Part shown: in pieces, positions 17,999 to 26,782 of the stretch
How the letters are laid out: every line of letters starts with the position of its first letter
How positions within the stretch are numbered: position 1 is the stretch's first letter
Assembly (NCBI GenBank): GCA_040386355.1
Contig: JAZKFP010000056.1
Location: 50,960 to 114,959 of the forward strand
Direction of reading: 5' to 3'
DNA length: 64,000 nucleotides
Source: Pseudomonadota bacterium
GTDB taxonomy: Bacteria > Pseudomonadota > Gammaproteobacteria > Pseudomonadales > UBA6940
Position numbers and translations under genes: made by a program
Notes under the pieces: generated by a model
Told to the model about the DNA's origin: nothing
What the model saw: the letters and a program-made list of their open reading frames with translations, nothing else
Databases searched by the model: none

Positions 17999-18837
17999 TA
18001 TTTACCGCCTTGAAGCTGACTTATTTTTTTATCGAGTTCTTGAATTGCGCCCGTTAAATTGCCCATCCATGACTGAACGTCTACCGCTTTGCCGCCTTTA
18101 CGCTTGATAGAAGCAGGTGCATCTTCCGCAATTGTTCCAATGGTTTTTTCTTTCGTGCCTTTGTACGAATAACTTTTTAAATTCGTTTCTTTAATATCGC
18201 TCAAGGCTTTTTTAGTGGAATGCGGTTTGATTTTTTCTTTGGCATCTTTTGTCGATAAAAACATTAATGCGCCTAAACCTGCCGCGCCTGAAATTAAGGT
18301 ATTTGTAGATTGAGCTTTCGCTGCGTCATTACGTTGATTACGGCCAGACTCTAACGAAGCCGCACCGGATAATTGATCGTTGGCTTTGTTTTGCGTGTCT
18401 TGCGCGTAATTTAATAAATTGGATTTAATACCTTGCTGACGATTGTAGGTGTCGGAGATCGCGTTTGATTTATTGGTGATCGTATTGAGTTGACCACTCA
18501 TTTGTGAGCGCTCTTGCAACGATTTTAATTGATCGCCTTGCAAATACGTTTTATAGCGGCCCATGTTCCGATCGAGCGTACCCCACGCCGCTTGATTGGC
18601 TTGCTCACTCATTTTTCCAGCTTGATCGCGCGCTTTACCAATTTGCGAATCGTCCATCGCGTAATTAATTAATTGGTTTTCATAAGGTACATAATTCGTT
18701 AAATAATCTTGATACTGTTCCTGCGACAAAGACGCTTGCGCATTTTGCAATTTATCTTTTCCAGTTTTTGCGGATAAAACGCTGGGCATCGTTTTGGCGG
18801 TTATTGAAGGAGGCATTGCGCCGGTAAACATACTCAT
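17998..18837 (-). CDS. Gln/Asn-rich virion-module protein (279 aa) with one hydrophobic segment
   Basis: Translationally coupled. Carries ..LISGAAGLGALMFLS.. No enzymatic motif. Confidence 0.6.
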   Translation of the reverse strand: MSMFTGAMPPSITAKTMPSVLSAKTGKDKLQNAQASLSQEQYQDYLTNYVPYENQLINYAMDDSQIGKARDQAGKMSEQANQAAWGTLDRNMGRYKTYLQGDQLKSLQERSQMSGQLNTITNKSNAISDTYNRQQGIKSNLLNYAQDTQNKANDQLSGAASLESGRNQRNDAAKAQSTNTLISGAAGLGALMFLSTKDAKEKIKPHSTKKALSDIKETNLKSYSYKGTKEKTIGTIAEDAPASIKRKGGKAVDVQSWMGNLTGAIQELDKKISQLQGGK

Positions 18838-19451
18838 GAGTACATCTCCCCAGGCATGAGCGTGCTTTGACGCGCTTGCATTTGGTTAGGCGTAGTAAAC
18901 GTGTTTGGAGTGCCAGGCGCTTTTGCATTGAATTTGGAATAGCCGTAAGCACCAGCAAGAGCGCCAGCGCCTTCCATCATCGAATTATTAAAGGAGTTTT
19001 TTCGCGCAACGTCTGCGGCTTGATTACCGGCTTCATTGCTTGCGGCTTGTGATAAACCTTGAAGTGCATTGCCTTCAATCCCACGGCCTACGCGCACGAT
19101 ACTGTCGACAGCAGACGCATATCGATCATCCATCGTCGCCAAGCCTTTCTGCATCGCACCGGCTTGTGTTGCGCCCATTAATCCGTGTTGCGCAACCATA
19201 TTTCCAAGGGCGCCGGTGTTTTTCATCGGCACAGGCTGGTAGCGCTGAACATTTTCACGCGCAACGTTAGCGGTTTTATTCACGCCAGTTTGAATTGTAT
19301 TAGGGTTTCGTAAGTTCGAAGCTTCTTGCATTAAATCTTCACGCACTGGAGCGAAAGCAGTTTTGGTTCGCTTCCATTTATCCATCGCTTGATTTTGCAT
19401 TTCTACTTCGTATTTGCCTGGCTTTTCTTTTTCGGGGCTAGCACATCCCAC
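18834..19451 (-). CDS. Virion-module protein (205 aa)
   Basis: GTG start preceded by AGGTGA. Overlaps the downstream gene by 4 nt. Confidence 0.6.
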   Translation of the reverse strand: MGCASPEKEKPGKYEVEMQNQAMDKWKRTKTAFAPVREDLMQEASNLRNPNTIQTGVNKTANVARENVQRYQPVPMKNTGALGNMVAQHGLMGATQAGAMQKGLATMDDRYASAVDSIVRVGRGIEGNALQGLSQAASNEAGNQAADVARKNSFNNSMMEGAGALAGAYGYSKFNAKAPGTPNTFTTPNQMQARQSTLMPGEMYS

Positions 19452-19459
19452 ACGTCACC

Positions 19460-19906
19460 TCAAGCAACCGATTTAACGTACTCTTCAAAAGTCTCGTCAA
19501 AAATTAACGGGTAGATTTCTCTCGCCGCAATTCGTCGGTCACTTGTGCCGCGCAGCATTTCAATCGACGCCATAATTATTGGCGTGACGGCTGATCGGTA
19601 TACAAAAGATACCTGTAGAATATGTTTTTGGTATTGTTCAATATAATTGCTTTCAAGCCATGTCGTTATTTGTAAACACATGACCGTGTAGATAGCAGGA
19701 AACCGCTGAACAAACGGATGACTTGCTAATTTAATTGCGTCCAAAAACGCGGTATTTATATCCTCGTCCTGAATTAATTTATCTTTATCAATTAAATCAT
19801 CCCAAGTCTGGGAAATATTCGATACTTTTTCAATAAAATCCAAACCGTCAGCATCAAGCCAGCGCTCTAAAACGCTCCATAATTCATCATTCGCGCTTAA
19901 ACCCAT
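19460..19906 (-). CDS. Hypothetical structural-module protein (148 aa)
   Basis: Track ORF, tightly packed and co-oriented. Confidence 0.65.
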   Translation of the reverse strand: MGLSANDELWSVLERWLDADGLDFIEKVSNISQTWDDLIDKDKLIQDEDINTAFLDAIKLASHPFVQRFPAIYTVMCLQITTWLESNYIEQYQKHILQVSFVYRSAVTPIIMASIEMLRGTSDRRIAAREIYPLIFDETFEEYVKSVA

Positions 19907-20262
19907 GCTGCTAAATCCGCTTTTTTAACTGCTGAAACGTCGGATAAATACGTCGATAATGTAACGCTGGTTAAATACGCTTTTTCATCAAATTCGGTTT
20001 GAATATCATCTATAAGCGATTCAAAATCAGCCACGTCAAGCGTAATCACGTCAAAATCTTCGTTAAATACATCAACAGTTGTTAATGCGCTTCCTGCGAC
20101 CGTTAATAAATACGCTTCAATGCCTTTTAAAATATTCCAGTACGTTCGATCAATTACATAATTTTCAAGATCAAACGTTAAAGTAACGTAATCATTCACC
20201 GCGTTAAATCGATCAATGATTTGTTGTGTTGTAACGCTACCCAATATGAGATTCAGATCCAA
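19897..20262 (-). CDS. Hypothetical structural-module protein (121 aa)
   Basis: Track ORF overlapping both neighbours. Confidence 0.65.
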   Translation of the reverse strand: MDLNLILGSVTTQQIIDRFNAVNDYVTLTFDLENYVIDRTYWNILKGIEAYLLTVAGSALTTVDVFNEDFDVITLDVADFESLIDDIQTEFDEKAYLTSVTLSTYLSDVSAVKKADLAAWV

Positions 20263-20698
20263 TCAACAGCTCCGTATCTTTAAATAAATCATGTTCAATC
20301 AATACGATAAATTCACCAGGTTTTTCACTTGTTAATTCAAGCGATTCATCCTCAATTTTTATTTCTTGGCCATCAATGGTTGCTCGACTGCCAGGTTTAA
20401 TATTTTGGATAATGATCGAATCTAAACCATCCGCTAAAATCATTTTTTTATCATCTTTAAAGGTTAATAGTTGCGGTTTGAAATGCGCCTTTTTTAACCC
20501 TAAAACCTTGCCATACAGCGATATCTTGTACTGTTTTAAAAGCTTTTGGCATTCACTCGTTTTTTTAAAATATTCAGTATCTTCTTCATACGTTTGCATA
20601 AATTCTTGTTTTGTGCAAACGCGATTTAATGCGTCTGTTTGCGCATCAAAAATAGCGTATTCAAATAACGAATAATCGATCTGATACTTTGAGCTCAC
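20237..20698 (-). CDS. Hypothetical structural-module protein (153 aa)
   Basis: Track ORF, co-oriented. Confidence 0.65.
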   Translation of the reverse strand: MSSKYQIDYSLFEYAIFDAQTDALNRVCTKQEFMQTYEEDTEYFKKTSECQKLLKQYKISLYGKVLGLKKAHFKPQLLTFKDDKKMILADGLDSIIIQNIKPGSRATIDGQEIKIEDESLELTSEKPGEFIVLIEHDLFKDTELLIGSESHIG

Positions 20699-21651
20699 TC
20701 GGCTACCAATGATTTTCCGTAAATAATTTTTGTTTGAATATTTCGAGCAACGGCATCCACTGTTCCTAAATGAATACCTGCTCGAAGTACAGTTGTTGAG
20801 CCTGGCAAATTACTTGTTGTTGATCCTGATGCTGTTGTGCTGTCCGTAATATTATCGATTTGCCAATAAATCGTGCTGGATGCTGGAGGACAGAAGATAT
20901 AACAGTGATATGTTTTATTAATGGTAAATGCGAGTGCAGTATTAACAAGATTTTGCGTCGTGTTATCTTTGGTCATAAACTGCCAATTTGTGTGTTGGTT
21001 ACCACCATTGACATGATGCCTAATAAATGCGCAATGATGGCTTGCAGGATCGTCAGAACTTACCGTTCCTGATGAAAATGTCGAATTACATAATCCAACA
21101 TAAATTCGACTTCCAGTTGATGCGCCTGTTTCGTTGTAAGACGCATCAGGAAAAACTACTTGAGCAGTGAAGAAAAAACCTGCGTGTTTACCCGCACCAC
21201 TTCCTCGAATATAACTGGGCGCGTTCATAGAAGTGCCGGCAGTTGCGGCGGCAGTTGCAGCTGAAACAAAGTTTAAAACCCTTCCATGCGTCTCCGTCAT
21301 GGTTGGATTACTAACAGTCCCAACACTAACAACAGTACAGCCAACCGTGCTAACGCCGGTTGTATTGCTCGGTAATATAATGCTGTGTTGTCCAGACCAT
21401 AATGCATCTTGCATAGCTGATACAGAATTAATTGTTTTTCTAAATAAAATCTCATTTGCTCCAACTGTCTTGGAAAATAGCTTTAAACTTCCCGTAGCGG
21501 TAGTTGTTGGTGTTGCGCCCGCTTTTAATTGCATTAAATCTTCGTGCGAAATTTTTTTGTCTTCCGTCTCAGAAGTGTCACCAATAAAAATTAAATCATC
21601 TCGTGCTGGGTCTGTTAGTGCTGTTAAAGCTGTTATTACTGAATCTGTCAT
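20695..21651 (-). CDS. Fibre/receptor-binding-like protein (318 aa)
   Basis: Ser/Thr/Gly/Ala-rich, beta-rich composition. N-terminus (MTDSVITALTALTDPARDDLIFIGDTSE..) resembles phage fibre anchors. The call is by composition and position. Confidence 0.5.
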   Translation of the reverse strand: MTDSVITALTALTDPARDDLIFIGDTSETEDKKISHEDLMQLKAGATPTTTATGSLKLFSKTVGANEILFRKTINSVSAMQDALWSGQHSIILPSNTTGVSTVGCTVVSVGTVSNPTMTETHGRVLNFVSAATAAATAGTSMNAPSYIRGSGAGKHAGFFFTAQVVFPDASYNETGASTGSRIYVGLCNSTFSSGTVSSDDPASHHCAFIRHHVNGGNQHTNWQFMTKDNTTQNLVNTALAFTINKTYHCYIFCPPASSTIYWQIDNITDSTTASGSTTSNLPGSTTVLRAGIHLGTVDAVARNIQTKIIYGKSLVAE

Positions 21652-21652
21652 T

Positions 21653-22165
21653 TTACGCTAGCTCCAAAATTAACTTGCCAGTTTGTTGCAGTAATAAATA
21701 ATCACCTTGCTGTAAAAGCAAAAAGCTTTCCGGAGATAATCCAGGAATTACTGCTTCAAAATTAAAACTGGTTGTTAAAAATAAATCATTTAAAAAACTA
21801 ATAGAGTATTCGCCTATAACGTCGGTTGTTACAACAAATGTTGTGTCCGTGACATTCCCTTCAGAAACTAATACTTCATCTAAAAACAATTGATATTTCG
21901 TACTTACAGCAATTGATCCAAACGTCACAGCATCCAGCTCATCCGCGTCTATTTCTGTTACATCCTGCGTTATTGGCTGTAGTACTTTGGCAATTGGCAA
22001 ACCGTTAGAGGTGATAATTAAAGTGTCAGCTTGAGTTCCAAAGCCGGTACCAATTGCAATGTTGGAATGGTTGACTGGTGTATTTAAATCAGCACCATCA
22101 TCATCGCCTTCATATAGTGACTCAACAAAACCATCAACATTTCGATAAATGGCGTAAATACTCAT
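21653..22165 (-). CDS. Hypothetical tail-module protein (170 aa)
   Basis: Track ORF, translationally coupled. Confidence 0.6.
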   Translation of the reverse strand: MSIYAIYRNVDGFVESLYEGDDDGADLNTPVNHSNIAIGTGFGTQADTLIITSNGLPIAKVLQPITQDVTEIDADELDAVTFGSIAVSTKYQLFLDEVLVSEGNVTDTTFVVTTDVIGEYSISFLNDLFLTTSFNFEAVIPGLSPESFLLLQQGDYLLLQQTGKLILELA

Positions 22166-23598
22166 CGCTTTAATTCCAGCGTTAAAATCAAACCATTGCG
22201 CACAAATGCAATAGCTTCTCTTACCTGCGCGCCTTTTCTTATAGATACAGGACGAAAAAAAATACGCACAGTGTAAGTTCCAGATGGAATTTGCATTAAA
22301 AACATTGTGGATAAATTCGACGCAGATACCCGATTCATTTCAGGGCCATCAACTTGATAAAAAGGATCAGAATAACCGGCAGGCAAAGGGGAAATTTCAG
22401 CTTTATAATCAACAGCACAATCAAAACTATCGTCTATTTTTGCGTAACCCGTTGCACTTAAAAAAATAATTACGGGTGAGCTAGTTTTAGTAAACGTTAA
22501 CGTTCGCAACTGAATCCAAGGCGCATCGCTTCGACTATCTTCTGTTCTAACTTCAATTAGATTTTGACTGAATGATGCTTGCGGAAACGTAACGGCTTGG
22601 CCTTGCAGCATTAACGTATTAATAATGTTTGCGGTTCCAACCTTAATACTGGTCGCTTCAATATTTCCGCGCGCATAAATATCCTGAAATTCGGTGTATC
22701 CCGATTTTTGAATAATCCAGCCCGACTCGCCAGGAATCCAGTTATTAGATTGAATAACGTTTGCAATTTTTGCAGAGCTAATTGCAGCGTCGGCGATTTT
22801 CGCAGAACCGACGGCTAAATTTGCAATCTTGGCGCTATCAATTGCAGCGGTTCCAATTTTAGCATTGGTAATGGTTAAATCTGCAATAAACGTTGCGGCA
22901 TTTAAAACAATGGAATCAACGCCATCTACTTCACCAATTAAAAATAAATATTTTCCGCCTTCACCTGAATCTTGAATGCCAAAAAAATCGGTAAATTTAA
23001 CCACCGTTGCTGTAGTTGAATTATTTATTTTTTCGGTAAGAACTGAAGCAACATAGTCGGGGCTAAGTGCTGTTTTCCCAGAGCTTCCACTAACCGCTTG
23101 ATAGGGTCCAACGTTATTTTGTTCAGTAACAAATCGCACCCAATAATAATATTTCGCCGACGCAACACCAGGAGCATCAATATAGGTTGAACTATCTGAA
23201 GTTCCTATTTTTGTAGCAGTACCTAAATTATTAGTTTCCGATCGAACTACTTCTGTGTAAGCGTAATTGCTAAAGGTTGGCGTATCCCATTCCAAAAAAA
23301 TAAAGGAATAACCTGACGTCACTAGAAAATTACTAGGAGCAGGGGGGATCGTTACAGCGCCACCGGATGGAGTTCCACCGCCTGGTCCACCAATAGAAAT
23401 ACCAATTAAATTACCATTTCCATCAAATTGAAAACCGGCATCAGTCAGTTGTCGCCAGGTAGGATTTCGATCTAAAAATTGGCCGCGAGAACCTACGCTG
23501 GTTTCAATTACTTCTTTAAAATTTTGAAGAGCTTTTTTAATGTTAGGGTCTTTAATCCCTGCTAATCCACCAATCTGAGGCTTTTTAGTAACCGTCAT
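22162..23598 (-). CDS. Tail fibre protein with FN3-like domain (478 aa)
   Basis: The segment PSNFLVTSGYSFIFLEWDTPTFSNYAYTEVVRSETNNLGTATKIGTSDSSTYIDAPGVASAKYYYWVRFV is FN3-like, as in host-specificity/fibre proteins. It is followed by short repeats ..AKIGTAAIDSAKIANLAVGSAKIADAAISSAKIAN.. common in phage fibres. Confidence 0.7.
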   Translation of the reverse strand: MTVTKKPQIGGLAGIKDPNIKKALQNFKEVIETSVGSRGQFLDRNPTWRQLTDAGFQFDGNGNLIGISIGGPGGGTPSGGAVTIPPAPSNFLVTSGYSFIFLEWDTPTFSNYAYTEVVRSETNNLGTATKIGTSDSSTYIDAPGVASAKYYYWVRFVTEQNNVGPYQAVSGSSGKTALSPDYVASVLTEKINNSTTATVVKFTDFFGIQDSGEGGKYLFLIGEVDGVDSIVLNAATFIADLTITNAKIGTAAIDSAKIANLAVGSAKIADAAISSAKIANVIQSNNWIPGESGWIIQKSGYTEFQDIYARGNIEATSIKVGTANIINTLMLQGQAVTFPQASFSQNLIEVRTEDSRSDAPWIQLRTLTFTKTSSPVIIFLSATGYAKIDDSFDCAVDYKAEISPLPAGYSDPFYQVDGPEMNRVSASNLSTMFLMQIPSGTYTVRIFFRPVSIRKGAQVREAIAFVRNGLILTLELKR

Positions 23599-25205
23599 CA
23601 GATCAACTCCGACGGCGTTTGAGCAATCATGATTTCATCAACAACGCTTGAGCTTTCAATGAGAAATTGAAAATCTCGTGTTTTTTTGCAAGGAATTCGA
23701 AAGGATTTTCGATCTAAAACAAGCTTTGTATAAAATGGATCTCCATCAATATAAAACTTCATTTTTACGCCGGTATAATCTTGCGCGTACACTTTTACAG
23801 CGGTTAGCTTTACATCACGCGAGAAAGAAAAGCGTTTACTGGTCCAAAGATATAAAAGCGGTTCACCCTCATCCCAAATTAGTAAATTTTGGCCTTGGGT
23901 AATATATAAACGATCGGTTAATGGGTCTTTGAATGCTGTATCTGCATTAACCGCGACTTTTACAATTCCACGGTCTAAATACTGCGGATCAATTACTAAA
24001 CAGCCGCCCGAATAAAAACAGTAATAGCGATCTTCATGCATCACACCGTGCATGGTTTCGGGATTTAATGCTCGCCACTGTTCGGAAGTATAAAAATCTT
24101 TCGTGATATTTTCGGCGCCGTTTCCATTGATCGAAATAAGACCATCTGGAGATGCGTAAATAACGCCGTATTTGGATGAAACAATGCTCCGCGCTGAAAC
24201 ACAGGCTTGACCGATGTTTAACTCTTCTGACGTCATCGAATTAGGGTCGTAACCTGTTACTAAATACGGATTTTTACGAGTTAAAGCGACAATCGTATTG
24301 CTGAAATGTCCGCCGCCAACGAGGGCATAATCGGTATTTACTCGGGTTAATGGGTCCCATGCGTGCATTTGATAGGGTTGCGACACACAGACTTGGTTTT
24401 TAGAGAATCCATACCCAATACCGTTCGATAAAACGCCAATCCCAAACATATCGGCCGGCGGTTTTTCCCATCCAATAGACGGGATAATTTCACCTAGACC
24501 TGAATCAGGCAAATTATCGACATAAGTTGTTTGTGAAACAGGAATTTGAGCAGCTAAATAAAGATCAGTCCTGCCACCTGTCGCGGTTCGATAAATGCGT
24601 TTCGTTGAGATGTTGTAATTACCGACTGGATTACCTGGAATGTTTGATAATGTTGCGGTTTGACCTTCCCAAAACGATTTTGCAGAAGTCAATAATGAAG
24701 GCGGCCCTTCTTCCCCAGACGCTGAAACATAAGTTATTGCATATCGTCGTTCAGTTTCATTTTCAGCATCGCCAGTTGCGCCCGTTACAACAAAAGTTGT
24801 GGTTGCGGCGGGTTGCACAATTCCGAGCAAATAGGAATTGGTCGGGTACGATGTTCCACCGCTCGTTGCAATCGCAGAATTTGTGTATTTCGGCGGACCG
24901 TCACCAGTGAAGTAGGTCGTCTCTTGCGTATCACCTGGTATTGGTCCTTTTGCAACATGAACGTGTGAAATCCAATGAAACCAAAATCCCGAATCGGGCT
25001 GGCCTGGAGTTGCGCCGAATAAATAAATAGCGCGATATGGTCCACCAATTTTTGGTAGCGTTTTTTTCAGTAACGGTTCTTTATAAGATTCCCATCGACC
25101 GCGAAACATTTTTAGATTTTGCGCAATCGTCGCCCACTCATCGCCAAGCTGATAATCACTTTGTTTTGGTAAAATACCGTTTGGGCGGCGAACGTGTATT
25201 TTCAT
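23598..25205 (-). CDS. Large tail protein (535 aa), function unassigned
   Basis: Start/stop coupled. Large beta-rich protein in the tail module. Confidence 0.6.
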   Translation of the reverse strand: MKIHVRRPNGILPKQSDYQLGDEWATIAQNLKMFRGRWESYKEPLLKKTLPKIGGPYRAIYLFGATPGQPDSGFWFHWISHVHVAKGPIPGDTQETTYFTGDGPPKYTNSAIATSGGTSYPTNSYLLGIVQPAATTTFVVTGATGDAENETERRYAITYVSASGEEGPPSLLTSAKSFWEGQTATLSNIPGNPVGNYNISTKRIYRTATGGRTDLYLAAQIPVSQTTYVDNLPDSGLGEIIPSIGWEKPPADMFGIGVLSNGIGYGFSKNQVCVSQPYQMHAWDPLTRVNTDYALVGGGHFSNTIVALTRKNPYLVTGYDPNSMTSEELNIGQACVSARSIVSSKYGVIYASPDGLISINGNGAENITKDFYTSEQWRALNPETMHGVMHEDRYYCFYSGGCLVIDPQYLDRGIVKVAVNADTAFKDPLTDRLYITQGQNLLIWDEGEPLLYLWTSKRFSFSRDVKLTAVKVYAQDYTGVKMKFYIDGDPFYTKLVLDRKSFRIPCKKTRDFQFLIESSSVVDEIMIAQTPSELI

Positions 25206-26782
25206 TAAGTCACCGTTACTGCAACGGTTTCGATGTCGGTTAATTCAGGACCTGTTTGTGGGTTACGGGTTGCTGTCAAAATAACCGATCGGCTAGCCGT
25301 GAATATCCAGGTAAATGGTTCACGATAATTAATTGGGTTCACTGCAAATTGAATTTCAGCGCCTTCACTTGCGGTTCCATTTGTTAAAGTAAACCCAGCT
25401 CTAACCTGTCCTCTAAAATTAATAGCTGGCGTAACTTCTACGTTTGCACCAACAACTGCTGCCGCTGCACAATTGGCAATAGGAGATAAATTGGAAACGG
25501 TGATCGTGCCGGTTAAGGTGCTTGTAGCAGTAAGTTCTGAAACCGGAAAAATCAATTTTTGATTAACGTTAACGTTTGAGCCGGTGTAATTCACTAATCC
25601 AAGACTAACTAAACGAGTCGTAAATGCGGACCATGTGTTGTCAGCAGGATCGTGCGTGCGGAAAACAACTTGATTAGTGGTTGCGGTAAATGTTGCCCCA
25701 CCCTGCTCGTTTAGCGTTACGTTGGCGGCATCTTGAGCCTCATTCTGCATCCCAGTAACTGGAACATTTCCAGTTGAGTTATGAAGTAAACTTGCAGAGT
25801 TATTCCGTGGCAACGGATTTACTAAGGTGATCCAGCTATGCGTTGCTGGAGGCAATAGCGTGACATTTATGTTTAAAACAAAACTGCCATCAGTTAGCGA
25901 TAAAACTGTCGGGCCGTATCGTAAGCCCCCTTGAGTTGCTATTGGTAAATTAAAAGTAATATTGGTACCGCTTCCGCCACCGTTAATGGTAAGCGTTCGA
26001 GTTAAACCAAAGGAACTTAATGTAGCGCCAGTAACAGTATTTAAACTGGTTCCAACAATTGGAATATTGGTGGCTTGCGAACGAATAACATTACCGGTTC
26101 CAACTGAAGTTACTGTGTATGGGTTTGGGAATCCACGATATACAACACCAGCTACCGCTTTTAATTCGGTGCCGACGATGGCGTGCGCTGCATTAAAGGA
26201 GGTTTGATTCGTGATTATTCGATGCGTTAATGCAAAAGATGGCTTACCACTTCCATAATCATCAAATCGTTCATCAGCAGTTACAAAGTCACCTGCAGGA
26301 TCTTGAGGCGCTGTACTGTTTCGACAACCTCCAAGAATAACTACATCTTCGTTTGTTAATCCGGTGAACGTGTAACCTAATGGACTGGTTGCCGCGTTCG
26401 CTGTTACAGCTTCAAAATCAATAGGAGCGCCCGAAGCCATACTTTGAGCGCACATTATTGCAACTGAGCAAAAAGAAACTGACCCTGAGAACGTAAAACT
26501 ATACGAACCTGCAGCTGGTAAATCTGCCTCATCAATATAATAATCCGAAACTTCAACACGATTTGTTGCGCCATCGGTTGCCAGTGCTTGCCCTGCAAGT
26601 GTTGGAGTTATTCCATTAAAAAGTTTCGTGGTTAAACTGCCGGAAGCTGCAGAACGGGAAACAACTTTGAAAAGTAATTTCCGACGATTACCAGCCGCAA
26701 CGGTTAAGTTATAGGTTCCTGATACGGTTCCAAAATCGGTGCGCTGAAAGAGTTCCCAAGTTCCAAGAATTGGAATAGACAT
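25205..26782 (-). CDS. Fibre-like protein (525 aa)
   Basis: Thr/Ser/Gly/Asn/Val-rich beta-rich sequence. Coupled to neighbours. Confidence 0.55.
   Translation of the reverse strand: MSIPILGTWELFQRTDFGTVSGTYNLTVAAGNRRKLLFKVVSRSAASGSLTTKLFNGITPTLAGQALATDGATNRVEVSDYYIDEADLPAAGSYSFTFSGSVSFCSVAIMCAQSMASGAPIDFEAVTANAATSPLGYTFTGLTNEDVVILGGCRNSTAPQDPAGDFVTADERFDDYGSGKPSFALTHRIITNQTSFNAAHAIVGTELKAVAGVVYRGFPNPYTVTSVGTGNVIRSQATNIPIVGTSLNTVTGATLSSFGLTRTLTINGGGSGTNITFNLPIATQGGLRYGPTVLSLTDGSFVLNINVTLLPPATHSWITLVNPLPRNNSASLLHNSTGNVPVTGMQNEAQDAANVTLNEQGGATFTATTNQVVFRTHDPADNTWSAFTTRLVSLGLVNYTGSNVNVNQKLIFPVSELTATSTLTGTITVSNLSPIANCAAAAVVGANVEVTPAINFRGQVRAGFTLTNGTASEGAEIQFAVNPINYREPFTWIFTASRSVILTATRNPQTGPELTDIETVAVTVT

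Noticed and set aside
18834-19451. Lipoprotein call for the 205-aa protein beginning MGCASPEKEK
   Set aside because: The Cys is at position 3 with no preceding signal peptide or lipobox context, so a lipoprotein assignment is not supported.
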